This document shows positions 29,023-39,246 of a DNA stretch of 64,000 nucleotides, piece after piece. The position numbers and the translations under genes were made by a program. Source of the stretch: an uncultured Christensenella sp. (lineage in GTDB: Bacteria; Bacillota; Clostridia; Christensenellales; UBA1750); assembly GCA_905193155.1 (NCBI GenBank), contig CAJJNQ010000001.1, positions 1,315 through 65,314 on the forward strand. The letters are read 5' to 3'. Under the pieces are notes generated by a model, which saw only the letters and a program-made list of their open reading frames with translations, ran no database searches and was not told the origin of the DNA. The first letter of the stretch is position 1. Every line of letters starts with the position of its first letter.

Positions 29023-29511
29023 TCAAAAGTTCAGCAGCATATCGTTCCATTTCGCGCCGCCGTGGGTGGAGTTGGAGACGCCCCGGCAGATGAAACCGAA
29101 TTTTTCGTAGTAGTGCTTCAAGTGATCCTTACAGGTCAGCACCACGCCCAGGCACTCGCGGGCGCGCGCTTCGTCGATCATGCGCTGCAAAAGCTGGGCA
29201 GCGATGCCCTGATTGCGGTAAGCAGGCAGCACATCCAGCCCGAACACGGTCTGATAAGCACCGTAGGGTTTGTGCAGCGATACGTCATGATACAATTCGT
29301 CGGGCAGCGTTGGCTCGTCGGTGGTGCAGCCGTTGACGAAACCCACCACGCTGCCGTCTAGCTCCGCCACAAAGAAGTTCTCCGGGAAGGCGGCATAGCG
29401 CTCGCAGATCGACTGCGCGTCCGCGGCCTCCGCAGGCGGGAAGCAAATGTGCTCAATGGCGATCATCTCTTCTACGTCTTCCGGCTGTGCATTCCGAATC
29501 ACAAGGCTCAT
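29023..29511 (-). CDS. GNAT family N-acetyltransferase
   Basis: Acetyl-CoA loop YRNQGIAAQLL. ATG 29511 follows AGGAGGAG and overlaps the upstream stop by 4 nt. Confidence 0.8.
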   Translation of the reverse strand: MSLVIRNAQPEDVEEMIAIEHICFPPAEAADAQSICERYAAFPENFFVAELDGSVVGFVNGCTTDEPTLPDELYHDVSLHKPYGAYQTVFGLDVLPAYRNQGIAAQLLQRMIDEARARECLGVVLTCKDHLKHYYEKFGFICRGVSNSTHGGAKWNDMLLNF

Positions 29512-30503
29512 GGTCTCTTCTCCTCCTGTGCAACGCTTTTCGGATGTTCCTGCCGGCACTGGCCGCGCGGGGGCGCGTTTTGCGCCGCCTTGAGCCGCGC
29601 CTGCACGTCCGCAATGCGCTCCGCTGTGGCCAGGTAGGCACGCTGATGCATCACGAGGCGGTTGTTACACTGGCGCTTAAAGTGCATCTGCGCAAAGGTG
29701 ATTCCGTGCTCCGGGCAGCGGCACAGCGCCATGAAGCGCCCATGACCGCTGTCAAACCACGGCAGATCGGGCGTAGTCGCGCCGCCGCAGATCGGGCAGC
29801 GCACCAGCGTCATGCGCGGGTTCGCCAATATGTCGTCATAACGAGTGTAGGCCGTCTGCACCGAGCGCGCGTCGGATCGGGCAGCCAGCGCTTCCTCGGC
29901 ATTGAAGCGCAGCAGCGCGTCAATCGTCTCGGGCGCGGCGTTCTCGACCTTGCTTTCCAGCCGCGCCATGACGCGGGCGGTATAAATTGCGTCGTTGAGC
30001 GCACGGTGGGCGGGCAGATCCATCTCCATCCCCAACTGCTCCATCGCCGACGACAACCCAACCTGCGCCAGCGGCTTATCGGTCATCAAGTGCGAATAGA
30101 CCATCTGGATGTTGAGCGGCGGCTCAAAGGGCAGCTCCATCTGATAATATTTGGTGTTGCGAAGCAGCACGGGATAATCGTCCCGGCCCCAGGTGCAAAG
30201 GAAGGCCTTCGGGCCGCACCATTCGACAAAGTGCTGAAAGGCGTCCGGGAAGGCAAGCCCCTCCTCCAATTCGGCAGGGTCGATGCCCGTCACCTCGCGG
30301 ATGTGTTTATCCAGCACCGGGTAGATCACCGGACGGATGATGAGCTGCTGCCGGTCCACTTCCTTCAGGTTCCGGTCGAGCTTGACCGCGCCGATCTCGA
30401 TGATCTCGTGCGGAATATCATGATTGGGGCGGCTGGCTCGCTGGTTCCATTCCAGATCCATCACAACGAAGCTCTGCGTATCCCCGGGTACAAAACATAG
30501 CAT
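29508..30503 (-). CDS. DEDDh 3'-5' exonuclease domain protein with C-terminal Cys-rich ribbon
   Basis: VVMDLEWN and EIIEIGAV (ExoI), H..LNDA (ExoIII), and a CPICGG...CRCPEHG tail. Confidence 0.7.
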   Translation of the reverse strand: MLCFVPGDTQSFVVMDLEWNQRASRPNHDIPHEIIEIGAVKLDRNLKEVDRQQLIIRPVIYPVLDKHIREVTGIDPAELEEGLAFPDAFQHFVEWCGPKAFLCTWGRDDYPVLLRNTKYYQMELPFEPPLNIQMVYSHLMTDKPLAQVGLSSAMEQLGMEMDLPAHRALNDAIYTARVMARLESKVENAAPETIDALLRFNAEEALAARSDARSVQTAYTRYDDILANPRMTLVRCPICGGATTPDLPWFDSGHGRFMALCRCPEHGITFAQMHFKRQCNNRLVMHQRAYLATAERIADVQARLKAAQNAPPRGQCRQEHPKSVAQEEKRP

Positions 30504-30678
30504 TGGTTTTTCGGCTCCTCACTCCCCGGCGCGGCGGGTTTCCCGCGCAAAGGCACAAACTCGGTTTCTATTATAACAGCTCTTGATTCCTTTGTACACT
30601 CAAAAACCGGGCTTTATTTCCGTCGCGGGCTGTGTTATGCTTAAGGTACAAAAATAAATCTTGGGAGGACACGGCAAC

Positions 30679-31038
30679 ATGATCATCCGCAATTTTCTGG
30701 AAGCCAAACTCAGCGACGACTGCATCCACGAAGGCAAGGGGCTCTGCCACCACGCCAACATACTGCCCGCCGATGTATTTGACGCGCCAATCCGCTTTCT
30801 AAACTACACCATACTGCCCAAAGGCGCAACCTTCGGCGCGCACAAGCATGGCAACGACAACGAGCTCTACATCATTCTTGAGGGCAGCGGTCACTACACC
30901 TGCAACGGCGAAACCGTGCCCTGCAAGGCGGGCGACGTGCTGCTCAACCCGCCCTACGGCACCCACGCTATCGCCAACGACAGCGATGAAGACGTGGAAA
31001 TGCGCGTGCTGGTGATCGAGGCGTTCAACCGCGAGTAA
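30679..31038 (+). CDS. Cupin domain protein
   Basis: GAHKHGNDNELYIILEG ... GDVLLNPPYGTHA cupin motifs. ATG 30679 follows GGGAGGA. Confidence 0.75.
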   Translation: MIIRNFLEAKLSDDCIHEGKGLCHHANILPADVFDAPIRFLNYTILPKGATFGAHKHGNDNELYIILEGSGHYTCNGETVPCKAGDVLLNPPYGTHAIANDSDEDVEMRVLVIEAFNRE

Positions 31039-31468
31039 GCTCGTCCAGCACACGGATCAGCGCCGCCTCAAACGCCGCGTCCTGCTGCGTATCGCGCTTT
31101 TTCGGCCCGTGCAGACGGCCTCCGCCCCGGCGGATCTTGCGCGCCGTGTGCCGCGCCAGCAGCAGGGAGCCGATGTTGTCGTCGGTATATTCCAGCCCGT
31201 CCTGCCGCAGGACGCGCGCCTTGCGGGACAGGCACATTGCCGCCAGGCCGTAATCCTGCGTCACAGCCAGATCGCCGGGCGCAAGGGCGTTCACCAGCGC
31301 AAAATCCGCGCTGTCCGCCCCCTTGGACACCACAACGGTTTCTGCATCCTCGTGCCGGAGAATGTGCGAGGTATCGCAATAGAGCGTCACGGGGATTCCC
31401 CGCTTCCGCGCCTGTTCCAGGCAGATTTCCACCACGGGGCAGGCGTCTGCATCGATCTGGAGTTTCAT
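31025..31468 (-). CDS. YaiI/YqxD family protein (DUF188)
   Basis: MKLQIDADACPV ... SKGADSADFALVN signature. Confidence 0.75.
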   Translation of the reverse strand: MKLQIDADACPVVEICLEQARKRGIPVTLYCDTSHILRHEDAETVVVSKGADSADFALVNALAPGDLAVTQDYGLAAMCLSRKARVLRQDGLEYTDDNIGSLLLARHTARKIRRGGGRLHGPKKRDTQQDAAFEAALIRVLDELTRG

Positions 31469-31516
31469 CTTTCATCACCTTTTCTGTTTCAACGCATCAT
31501 ATAAGGGAGAAAACAC

Positions 31517-32440
31517 ATGAAATACACGCTTCTCGGAAAATCGGGCATTGAGGTTTCGCGCATCACGCACGGCTGCATGGAGCTGGGCGGCGGCCCGTGG
31601 GATGTGCGCGAGGACAAGGAAAACATCGCGCTGCTGAACACCGCGCTGGAGCACGGCATCACCACCTTCGACACGGCAGAAAGCTACGGCAAAGGACATT
31701 CCGAAGAGGTCGTCGGTCAGGCGCTGCACGCCGTGCGCGACAAGGTGGTGCTCTGTACCAAGGTTTCCAAGGAGCATCTGCACAAAAACGACGTCATCGC
31801 CGCGTGCGAGGGCAGCCTGCGCCGCCTGAACACGGAATACATCGATCTTTACTACATCCACTGGCCGAATGCCGAGATCGACATCGGTGAGACGATGGAA
31901 GCCTTCCTGACCCTCAAGGAGCAGGGCAAAATCCGCGCCATCGGCGTATCGAACTTCTCGGTTCAGCAGATGCAGGATGCGATGCGCTATGCGCCGCTGG
32001 ATGCGCTTCAGCCGGAATACAACCTGCTCACCCGCGGGATTGCGAAGGACGTGCTGCCCTTCTGCGCGCAGAACAGCATCTCCGTCATGACCTATAACTC
32101 CATCGCCAAGGGCATTCTTTCCGGCGCATTCCACTTCTACGGCGCGCAGGTGACAGATTTCCGCACCGCCAAGCCGCTCTTCCAGCCCGAAGCGTTGGCG
32201 CTGGAGCTGCCGCTGCTGAACCTGCTGCGCGACATTGCACAGGCGCACAGCGTCACCATCGCCCAGGTCGCCATCGCCGCCAGCTTGTCCCGCAAAGGCG
32301 TGACCTCCGCCATCGTCGGCACACAGAACCCGCACCACTTCCTCGACAACCTCGCCGCAGCCGACCTTGTGCTTCAGGACGACGAGCTTTCTGCCATCTG
32401 GGAGACGAGCGACCGCGTGCTGCGCGATCTGGAAAGCTGA
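31517..32440 (+). CDS. Aldo/keto reductase
   Basis: FDTAE.YG.G.SE, IDLYYIHWP and GVSNF motifs. Confidence 0.85.
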   Translation: MKYTLLGKSGIEVSRITHGCMELGGGPWDVREDKENIALLNTALEHGITTFDTAESYGKGHSEEVVGQALHAVRDKVVLCTKVSKEHLHKNDVIAACEGSLRRLNTEYIDLYYIHWPNAEIDIGETMEAFLTLKEQGKIRAIGVSNFSVQQMQDAMRYAPLDALQPEYNLLTRGIAKDVLPFCAQNSISVMTYNSIAKGILSGAFHFYGAQVTDFRTAKPLFQPEALALELPLLNLLRDIAQAHSVTIAQVAIAASLSRKGVTSAIVGTQNPHHFLDNLAAADLVLQDDELSAIWETSDRVLRDLES

Positions 32441-32457
32441 TCTTATCTTCTGCAAAA

Positions 32458-32489
32458 ACAGAGGCCCGCACCGGAATGCGGGCCTCTGT
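32458..32489. terminator. Bidirectional terminator
   Basis: AAAA-ACAGAGGCCCGC-accggaat-GCGGGCCTCTGT-TTCTTT. Confidence 0.8.
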
Positions 32490-32493
32490 TTCT

Positions 32494-33000
32494 TTATTTC
32501 GCCGTGGGCTGCGCATAAACCTCTATCACAACCTCACCATCGCCGTAAGAAGATGCCAGGAGCGACATATCCACGCGATAGCCGCCCTCGTCCATCAACC
32601 AGCTGCGTGGCTGTTCCTCCCGATTTTGCACAGCCGTGAGGGGCAAGCCGTAATCCTGCGAAAGGGTTTTCCGCAGCTCATCCTGCTGATCGGTCGTCAG
32701 TTCATCCTGCGAGATTGCTTTGACGCTCCGCAGTTTTCCCGCTTCGTCCGCTTCCAGCGTGACCTCCATCGGAAAACCGGCGTATTCCGTCCGGATTGGC
32801 AGATTTCTTACCTGCACCCATTCCTCCGGCAGCCCTTCCATGGACATACCAAGCGTCAAAGTAGGACTTAGGAAAATCTCTCCTTTTTCTAACGAATATG
32901 CTTTCTTTTCAGTGCATCCTGTCATTATGATCATACTTATTGCAAGCATCATCACAACCAGAAGAGATCTTTTTTCCTTCATTTTGCTGATAAGGAACAT
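32494..33000 (-). CDS. Hypothetical lipoprotein
   Basis: Signal peptide with lipobox IMTGC. Lower-GC codon usage. No family recognised. Confidence 0.55.
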   Translation of the reverse strand: MFLISKMKEKRSLLVVMMLAISMIIMTGCTEKKAYSLEKGEIFLSPTLTLGMSMEGLPEEWVQVRNLPIRTEYAGFPMEVTLEADEAGKLRSVKAISQDELTTDQQDELRKTLSQDYGLPLTAVQNREEQPRSWLMDEGGYRVDMSLLASSYGDGEVVIEVYAQPTAK

Positions 33001-33054
33001 AGCTCACTTCCGCCTTGATCGTTCCGTAATTAAAACTAACTTCCGTTACACCGG

Positions 33055-33576
33055 TCATCTTCCCATGCGGAATGAATTCTCGCGATATTCCACGCATTGA
33101 GTTGTGTTGCCGAATAAGAACCATTGATTGCAAACCAGTGTTCGGATCTTACGAAGCAATTCTATCGGAAGCGTTGAATCAGATTCAACACGCCAATAAA
33201 TTTTCACGTATGCAGCAAAGTTATCATTTCCATTGCTGCCCGATCGACTTTTTACAACAGCCGTCGTTTGATAAGCTTCTTCGATTTTGCCCTCTCCGAG
33301 TTCTGCTCTCTTCAGCAACTGCATCGCATGACGCACTTCTGCATCATCAGCCAACTGGCCGGATGCCGATGCAACAATCTTTCCGCTTTCCTTAAGCCGT
33401 TCGCTTCTTTCGTCGATTCCACGCTCTGCACGTACAAGCAGCTCTTGAGCGTTTGTGATATCCTCAGCCAAATATGTCACGCGTTCCACCGAAGTTGTTT
33501 CTGCTTAAACGAATGCACAGAGAGTCAGCACCAGCAGAATCATGGCGAACAGGATGATAGACTTTTTTATCTTCAT
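33055..33576 (-). pseudogene. Secreted/lipoprotein gene interrupted by an in-frame TAA after the signal peptide
   Basis: AAAAGGAGG then ATG 33576 encodes MKIKKSIILFAMILLVLTLCAFV. TAA (33507..33505) follows, and the same frame then continues AETTSVERVTYLAED... into track ORF 33055..33489. Confidence 0.55.
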
Positions 33577-33674
33577 CCTCCTTTTATCGGCCGTCATGAA
33601 ATGACCGACTCTTACTTATTCATTGGAGGACACCTCCTATTTCTTTTTCACCTATACAATAACACACGAAAACT

Positions 33675-33711
33675 AAAAAAGGCAAGATGAAAATGAATTT
33701 CATCTTGCCTT
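33675..33711 (-). terminator. Terminator after guaB (14-bp stem)
   Basis: AAGGCAAGATGAAA-atgaa-TTTCATCTTGCCTT, with a T run on the minus strand. Confidence 0.8.
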
Positions 33712-33725
33712 CAACTAATGATTTT

Positions 33726-35234
33726 TTATTCCGCCTGAATTCCCTTGTTCTTGAGCATGACGTCGTGGGAGCCGCCCTCAACGATGGAGGTGGAGGACAC
33801 GACGGTCAAGCGCGCGTTCTTCTGAAGATCCGGAATGTTCAGCACACCGCAGTTGCACATGGTGGAGCGCACCTTGTACAGCGAGGTGTTGACGTTGTCC
33901 TTCAGAGAGCCCGCGTAGGGCACATAGGAATCGACGCCCTCTTCAAAGGAGAGCTTCGCCGCGCCGCCCAGATCGTAGCGCTGCCAGTTGCGCGCGCGGT
34001 TGGAGCCTTCGCCCCAGTATTCCTTCATGTAGTTGCCGTTGATGTTGACCTTGTTGGTGGGGGACTCGTCGAAACGGGCGAAGTAGCGGCCCAGCATCAG
34101 GAAATCCGCGCCCATGGCCAGCGCAAGGGTCATGTGATAATCGTGCACAATGCCGCCATCGGAGCAGATCGGGACGTAGATGCCGGTCTCGCGGTAGTAT
34201 TCGTCGCGCGCTGCGGCAACCTCGATCAGCGCAGTCGCCTGGCCACGGCCGATGCCCTTGGTCTCGCGGGTGATGCAGATGGAACCGCCGCCGATGCCGA
34301 CCTTGACGAAATCCGCGCCCGCCTTGGCCAGAAACAGGAAGCCGTCGCGATCCACAACGTTGCCCGCGCCGACCTTGACGGAATCGCCGTAGTTCTCACG
34401 AATCCAGGCAAGCGTGCGGCTCTGCCACTCGGAGAAGCCTTCGGAGGAGTCGATGCACAGCACGTCCGCGCCCGCCTCGACCAGCGCGGGAACGCGCTGC
34501 GCGTAATCGCGGGTGTTGATGCCGGCGCCGACGACATAGCGCTTCTGCTTATCGAGCAGCTCGTTGGGGTTTTCCTTGTGCTGGGCGTAGTCCTTGCGGA
34601 ACACCATATAGACCAGGTGCTGGCTGTCGTCGATCAGCGGGAGAGAATTGAGCTTGTGCTCCCAGATGATGTCGTTGGCGACCTTCAGCGTGGTATCGGC
34701 AGGCGCCGTGATGAGCTTGTCAAACGGCGTCATGAATTCGGAAACGGGGGTATCGGTGCTCATGCGGCTGACACGGTAATCGCGGCTGGCGACGATGCCC
34801 AGCAGCTTGCCTTCTGCGGTGCCGTCCTCGGTCACGGCAACGGTGGAGTGGCCGGTCTTTTCCTTCAGAGCAAGGATATCAGCCAGCGTCGCGTCGGGAC
34901 GGATGTTGGAATCGGACTTGACAAAGCCCGCCTTATAGCTCTTGACGCGAGCGACCATGGCCGCCTCGTCCTCGACGGACTGAGAGCCGTAGATGAAGGA
35001 GACGCCGCCCTCCGTGGCCAGGGCAATGGCCATTTTGTCGTCGGAAACCGACTGCATGATCGCGGATACCATCGGGATATTCATGGTCAGGGGGCACTCT
35101 TCTTCGCCCTTGCGATATTTCACCAGCGCGGTTTTGAGGCTCACATTGGCAGGAATGCACTCCGCAGAGGAATAACCGGGAACCAGCAGGTATTCGCCGA
35201 AAGTGCGGCTCGGCTCGGAATAATAAAACGCCAT
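33726..35234 (-). CDS. guaB: IMP dehydrogenase
   Basis: Catalytic loop [14 protein letters not shown]-pair insert, and GGIVHDYH. 502 aa. Confidence 0.8.
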   Translation of the reverse strand: MAFYYSEPSRTFGEYLLVPGYSSAECIPANVSLKTALVKYRKGEEECPLTMNIPMVSAIMQSVSDDKMAIALATEGGVSFIYGSQSVEDEAAMVARVKSYKAGFVKSDSNIRPDATLADILALKEKTGHSTVAVTEDGTAEGKLLGIVASRDYRVSRMSTDTPVSEFMTPFDKLITAPADTTLKVANDIIWEHKLNSLPLIDDSQHLVYMVFRKDYAQHKENPNELLDKQKRYVVGAGINTRDYAQRVPALVEAGADVLCIDSSEGFSEWQSRTLAWIRENYGDSVKVGAGNVVDRDGFLFLAKAGADFVKVGIGGGSICITRETKGIGRGQATALIEVAAARDEYYRETGIYVPICSDGGIVHDYHMTLALAMGADFLMLGRYFARFDESPTNKVNINGNYMKEYWGEGSNRARNWQRYDLGGAAKLSFEEGVDSYVPYAGSLKDNVNTSLYKVRSTMCNCGVLNIPDLQKNARLTVVSSTSIVEGGSHDVMLKNKGIQAE

Positions 35235-35458
35235 TTTACTTCTCTCCTCCGTCCAAATCTATATTAGTAGCATTATAGCAGAAACCGCCGCAAAAACAAC
35301 GCCTTTGGGGAAAATAAATGGCGATTTAACATCGATTTTGCTTCCTTTCCTTGCATATCCGTAAAATTCCACGAACGATTCAGAAAGCCACCGTGCGTAA
35401 TGTTCACGCTCAGTGGCTTTTTCTGCATTTTCAAAATTTTCTTTTTCAATATTTTGAT

Positions 35459-36415
35459 TCAGAGTGCAGTTTTTCCTGCAATTTCGTCCAGTGTCAGCTT
35501 GTGCAGGCCGAGCACAACCGAAGCTTCCGGCTTTTCTGCCAAGCGGATGTCCGGGTGGCCCCACGGCGTCCAGGCATACTTATGGACGTGCTCTTCCAAC
35601 GGGCGGCGCAGATCCTCGCCCATGCGGGCGATGCCGCCGGAGAGGATAATAACCTCAGGATCGTAGGCGATGATCAGGTTGCAGAGATTGGCGCTCCAGC
35701 AGTCGAGCGAACGGCGCAGGAGCTTGACCGACAGTTCGTCGCCCTTGTCGGCGCAGGCCTTAAGGTTCCTGTAGTCGATCACATCAAGATCTTTCAGCAT
35801 ACTGGTTTCAAACAGCGGATCCTTGTGCGCAAAGATGGGCAGCGCCCAGGAGCTGGCGTTGGCTTCCATGCAGCCGATGTTGCCACAGTTGCAGGGCGTC
35901 GCATCAGGACCGAATTCAATGACCATGTGTCCGCCGATACACGCCGCCTGAAAATGTTTGCCGCGCACGAGCTTGCCGTCCATCACCGCCGCCGCGCCCA
36001 CGCCGGTGCCGAAGATCATCATCACGGCGTCCTTGGTGTCCTGTGCGCAGCCGTAGGTGAGCTCGCCGATCAACGCGGCGTTGGAATCGTTGTCGAGGAT
36101 GAACGGGCAATCGAAAGTGCGCTTGACCCAGCTCTTGAGGTCATAGCCCACCGCATCCACGAACTTGCCGTTGGCCGAGACCACGACCTTGTCGCGGGGG
36201 TTGACCAGGCCGGGGAAAGCAATGCCAAGGCCGTCGATGTGATCCAACCCCATTTCCGCCATCATGCAGCGGCCTTCGGTTTCCGCCTGATCGAGGTTTT
36301 TCTGATAGGCGTCGTCGCGGTAGGCGGGCACCATGCTCTCCTTGATGATTTTGCCGTCCTGAAGCAGCGCGAGCTTCATGCGCGTGCCGCCGATATCCAA
36401 CGCCAGAGTCACCAT
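35459..36415 (-). CDS. ROK family sugar kinase
   Basis: LALDIGGT N-terminus and CNCGNIGCMEA zinc motif. Confidence 0.8.
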   Translation of the reverse strand: MVTLALDIGGTRMKLALLQDGKIIKESMVPAYRDDAYQKNLDQAETEGRCMMAEMGLDHIDGLGIAFPGLVNPRDKVVVSANGKFVDAVGYDLKSWVKRTFDCPFILDNDSNAALIGELTYGCAQDTKDAVMMIFGTGVGAAAVMDGKLVRGKHFQAACIGGHMVIEFGPDATPCNCGNIGCMEANASSWALPIFAHKDPLFETSMLKDLDVIDYRNLKACADKGDELSVKLLRRSLDCWSANLCNLIIAYDPEVIILSGGIARMGEDLRRPLEEHVHKYAWTPWGHPDIRLAEKPEASVVLGLHKLTLDEIAGKTAL

Positions 36416-36449
36416 TGTTCCATCCCCCTTATTCTTTCCCTGTTTATTC

Positions 36450-37391
36450 TCAGATCAACGCCATGGATTTGAGCACGAAAATCCAGATGAACATCGTCAC
36501 CACGGCCAGCGAGGAACCGAATACCACCAGCCCGGCAGCCAGCTCGCTGTCTCCATCCATCTGCTGCGCCATCGTAAAGGACGAAACCGCAGGCGGCGCA
36601 GCCAGCATCACAAGCAGTGCAATCAACTCTTCGCCGCGGAAGCCGAGCAGCACCGCGATCGTCAAAAAGATCAGCGGCATCACCACAAGGCGGCCGCTCA
36701 CGCCAATGACGAGTTGACGCACGCACTTTCTCACCTGACCAAAGTTGAACTCTGCGCCAAGGATCACCAGTGCCAGGGGCGTTGCCATCTTAGAAAGATC
36801 CGCCACCGGCTTTTGCAGGAAATTCGGCAGCTTCACACCCAGAAGCAGCAGCACAATGCCCAGAAGCGACGCCAGAATCAACGGATTGGTCGCCACGCTC
36901 TTTAAGATCTTGAGCGGGTTGGGCTTGCCCCCGCGGTAGATCTCCAGCGCCGTGACGGAAAGCGCATTGAACATCGGCACCACCACCGCGATCACCAACG
37001 CCACCGCGCCGGTATTGCTTCCCTCGCCGCAGAGCGATACCAACACCGGCAGGCCGAAAATGACGAAGTTGGAGCGCATGATGCCCTGAATCAGCACGCC
37101 TCGTCTGCTGTTTTCCTTTTCCAGCAGCGGCACCAACGCCATGCACAGCGCAAACTCGCCCAGCACGAACAGCACCGCCGTGAGCATCAGCGGCCCGTTG
37201 AAGGCCGTGCCAATGTCGGTTGAAATCACATTATAAAACAACAGGATCGGCAGGAACACGCGAAAGACCACGTTGTTCATCTTCCGCAGCGTTGGCTCGT
37301 CCACGAGCCTGAAACACCGAATGGCATAGCCCAGCGCCATTTCGAGGAACAGGGGCAGCACCACGTTCAGTGACAATAGAAAATTTTCCAT
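36450..37391 (-). CDS. AEC (auxin efflux carrier) family transporter
   Basis: About 10 TM segments, 313 aa, with a typical AEC N-terminus (L..V.P.FL....GY). Confidence 0.7.
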   Translation of the reverse strand: MENFLLSLNVVLPLFLEMALGYAIRCFRLVDEPTLRKMNNVVFRVFLPILLFYNVISTDIGTAFNGPLMLTAVLFVLGEFALCMALVPLLEKENSRRGVLIQGIMRSNFVIFGLPVLVSLCGEGSNTGAVALVIAVVVPMFNALSVTALEIYRGGKPNPLKILKSVATNPLILASLLGIVLLLLGVKLPNFLQKPVADLSKMATPLALVILGAEFNFGQVRKCVRQLVIGVSGRLVVMPLIFLTIAVLLGFRGEELIALLVMLAAPPAVSSFTMAQQMDGDSELAAGLVVFGSSLAVVTMFIWIFVLKSMALI

Positions 37392-37479
37392 AGCCAGCCT
37401 CTCCCGCTTTCACATTTTCAAATAAAAGTATAACATATCCCCCCGCCGTCCGTCACGGGAAATTTACATAGCAGCCGCC

Positions 37480-39246
37480 TCAGTCCTCCATCCGCACCGT
37501 GCGCGCCCCGTCGGAAAGTTCCGCCGTGCGCTCATGGCAGGTGAACAGCAGCATCTGCCGTCCCGCGGCATTCTCCTGCAAAACCTGAAGCCCTGCGCGC
37601 GTGCGCTCATCGTCAAACAGTACGAAGGGATCGTCCATCAGCATCGGCAGCGGGCCGCCATGCTTTTCAAGCAGCCGCACCAGCGAAAGCCGCAGCGCCA
37701 GATACATCAGCTCCACCGTGCCTCCGCTGAAATACGCCCAGGGCTGCATCGCGCCGCTCTGCGGTTCCAGCGAAAGCTCCATGCTCTGCGAAACCGCCGC
37801 ACGGACGTATTTGCCCGCCGTGACGCGGCTCAGCGTTTTTTCCATATCCGCCGTCAATTCCGGCATAAAGCCGCTCTGCCGATCCTTTGCCGCGTTTTTG
37901 AGCTCTTCTTCCGCCATGTCCAGCGCCTCATACCGGCGCAGCAGGCGTTTTTCTCTTTCTTCCAGCACCGAGATGCGCTTCCGGAGCGTTTCATCGCTCT
38001 CCCGGCCCCGCAGCAAGCCTTCCAGCTCCACGCGCGCCGCGACCAGCGCTTCCTGATCCTGCGCGGCGTTCGGCACCATCTCGCGGTCAATCGCTTTCTG
38101 CATCTGCGCAATCTGCCCTTCGAGCTGCACGATCTGCGCCTGATACATCGCGCGTTCTCGCCGCGCAGCGGAAAGCCCGCGCATCAGCTCGTCCACGCGC
38201 GCAGTGTCGCCCGCGGGCGCAAGCTCCATTTTATCCTTCTGCCGCATATACAGAATGCAGAAGCCCATCGTCGCCAACAGCCCTGCAAACAGATAGTTGC
38301 TCACCGCAAGCCCCAGCGCCACGCTCAGCACCGCTGTGAGCACAGCCAGTGCAATCCAGATCAGGCAGAGCGCCTTGCCGCTCATCGTTTTTTCGCCCGC
38401 TCCGGCCTCTTCGCGCTGCTGCTCCTGCTGCAAGCCGGCGTCCAGCGTGCGGATGCGCTCATCCAGTGCGGCGGTCTGCTGGCGGTAATCGCCCAGGCGG
38501 CGCAGCGCGCCCTCCTGATCCGCCATGCGCAGGCGCAGCGCCTGATTCTGCTTGTCGCCCGCGCTCAGCTTTTCCACCTTTTGCTTGAGTTCCCGCACGC
38601 GCACGGCGGTCTTGCCGTTTTCGAGCAGCGCGGCGCGCGCCTGATCCAACTGTGCGCGCACATCGTTCAATTCCCCTTTGCCGCGCGTGCGGGGCTGAAT
38701 TTCATTCTTTGCATTGTGCAGCCGCTCGATCACGCGGGTCAAATCCACATCCTGCTCGCCCGTGCCGATCAAATTGCGAATCTTTTCCGAAAGCGCCGCG
38801 CCATCCCCGCCCGGACGGCTGCCCGCCGCAGAGACAAACAGCGTGTCGGCAAAAACGCCTTCCTCCACGCCCAACAGCATCTTGCCCGGCTCTTCGCCCG
38901 CAGGCAGCGGCAAAACCTCCCCGCTGTCCAGCTCCGTCACACGGCAGGTATCGCTCTTTTTCGTCTGCCCGAATACGCGGATGATCTCAAAGCGCTGCTT
39001 GCCGTCGGTCAGGCGCAGGCTGCCGCCCATGCTGATTTCGCCCCAGGGCATATAGCGGCGCCGGTCGTTCTGCTCGATCGAGGCGGATTTTCCGTTGAGG
39101 CCGTAGAGCATCGCGCGCAGAAAGGCCATCACGGTGCTCTTGCCGCTCTCGTTGCGGCCGTAAATCAGCGTCAGCCCATCTTCCAGCGTCAGGTCAAAAT
39201 CGCGCAGCTTGCCGAAGCGGTCGATGTGCAGCGATTCAATCCGCAT
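37480..39246 (-). CDS. Rad50/SbcC-like AAA ATPase (YhaN-like) with two central TM helices
   Basis: Walker A GRNESGKST, coiled-coil-like Q/E/R/L-rich arms, C-terminal LPMLMDDPFVLFDD Walker B/D-loop. Hydrophobic aa 292-334 (ALCLIWIALAVLTAVLSVALGLAV.NYLFAGLLATMGFCILYM). Confidence 0.75.
   Translation of the reverse strand: MRIESLHIDRFGKLRDFDLTLEDGLTLIYGRNESGKSTVMAFLRAMLYGLNGKSASIEQNDRRRYMPWGEISMGGSLRLTDGKQRFEIIRVFGQTKKSDTCRVTELDSGEVLPLPAGEEPGKMLLGVEEGVFADTLFVSAAGSRPGGDGAALSEKIRNLIGTGEQDVDLTRVIERLHNAKNEIQPRTRGKGELNDVRAQLDQARAALLENGKTAVRVRELKQKVEKLSAGDKQNQALRLRMADQEGALRRLGDYRQQTAALDERIRTLDAGLQQEQQREEAGAGEKTMSGKALCLIWIALAVLTAVLSVALGLAVSNYLFAGLLATMGFCILYMRQKDKMELAPAGDTARVDELMRGLSAARRERAMYQAQIVQLEGQIAQMQKAIDREMVPNAAQDQEALVAARVELEGLLRGRESDETLRKRISVLEEREKRLLRRYEALDMAEEELKNAAKDRQSGFMPELTADMEKTLSRVTAGKYVRAAVSQSMELSLEPQSGAMQPWAYFSGGTVELMYLALRLSLVRLLEKHGGPLPMLMDDPFVLFDDERTRAGLQVLQENAAGRQMLLFTCHERTAELSDGARTVRMED

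Noticed and set aside
30526-30536. 11-nt match (tccccggcgcg) to the 3' end of tRNA-Arg, considered as a possible att repeat
   Set aside because: Short GC-rich match, 23 kb away, with housekeeping genes such as guaB in between and no integrase.
35235-35458. Looked for a purine riboswitch upstream of guaB
   Set aside because: Only a promoter-like TATAAT and the ROK terminator are visible. There is no guanine-aptamer-like sequence.
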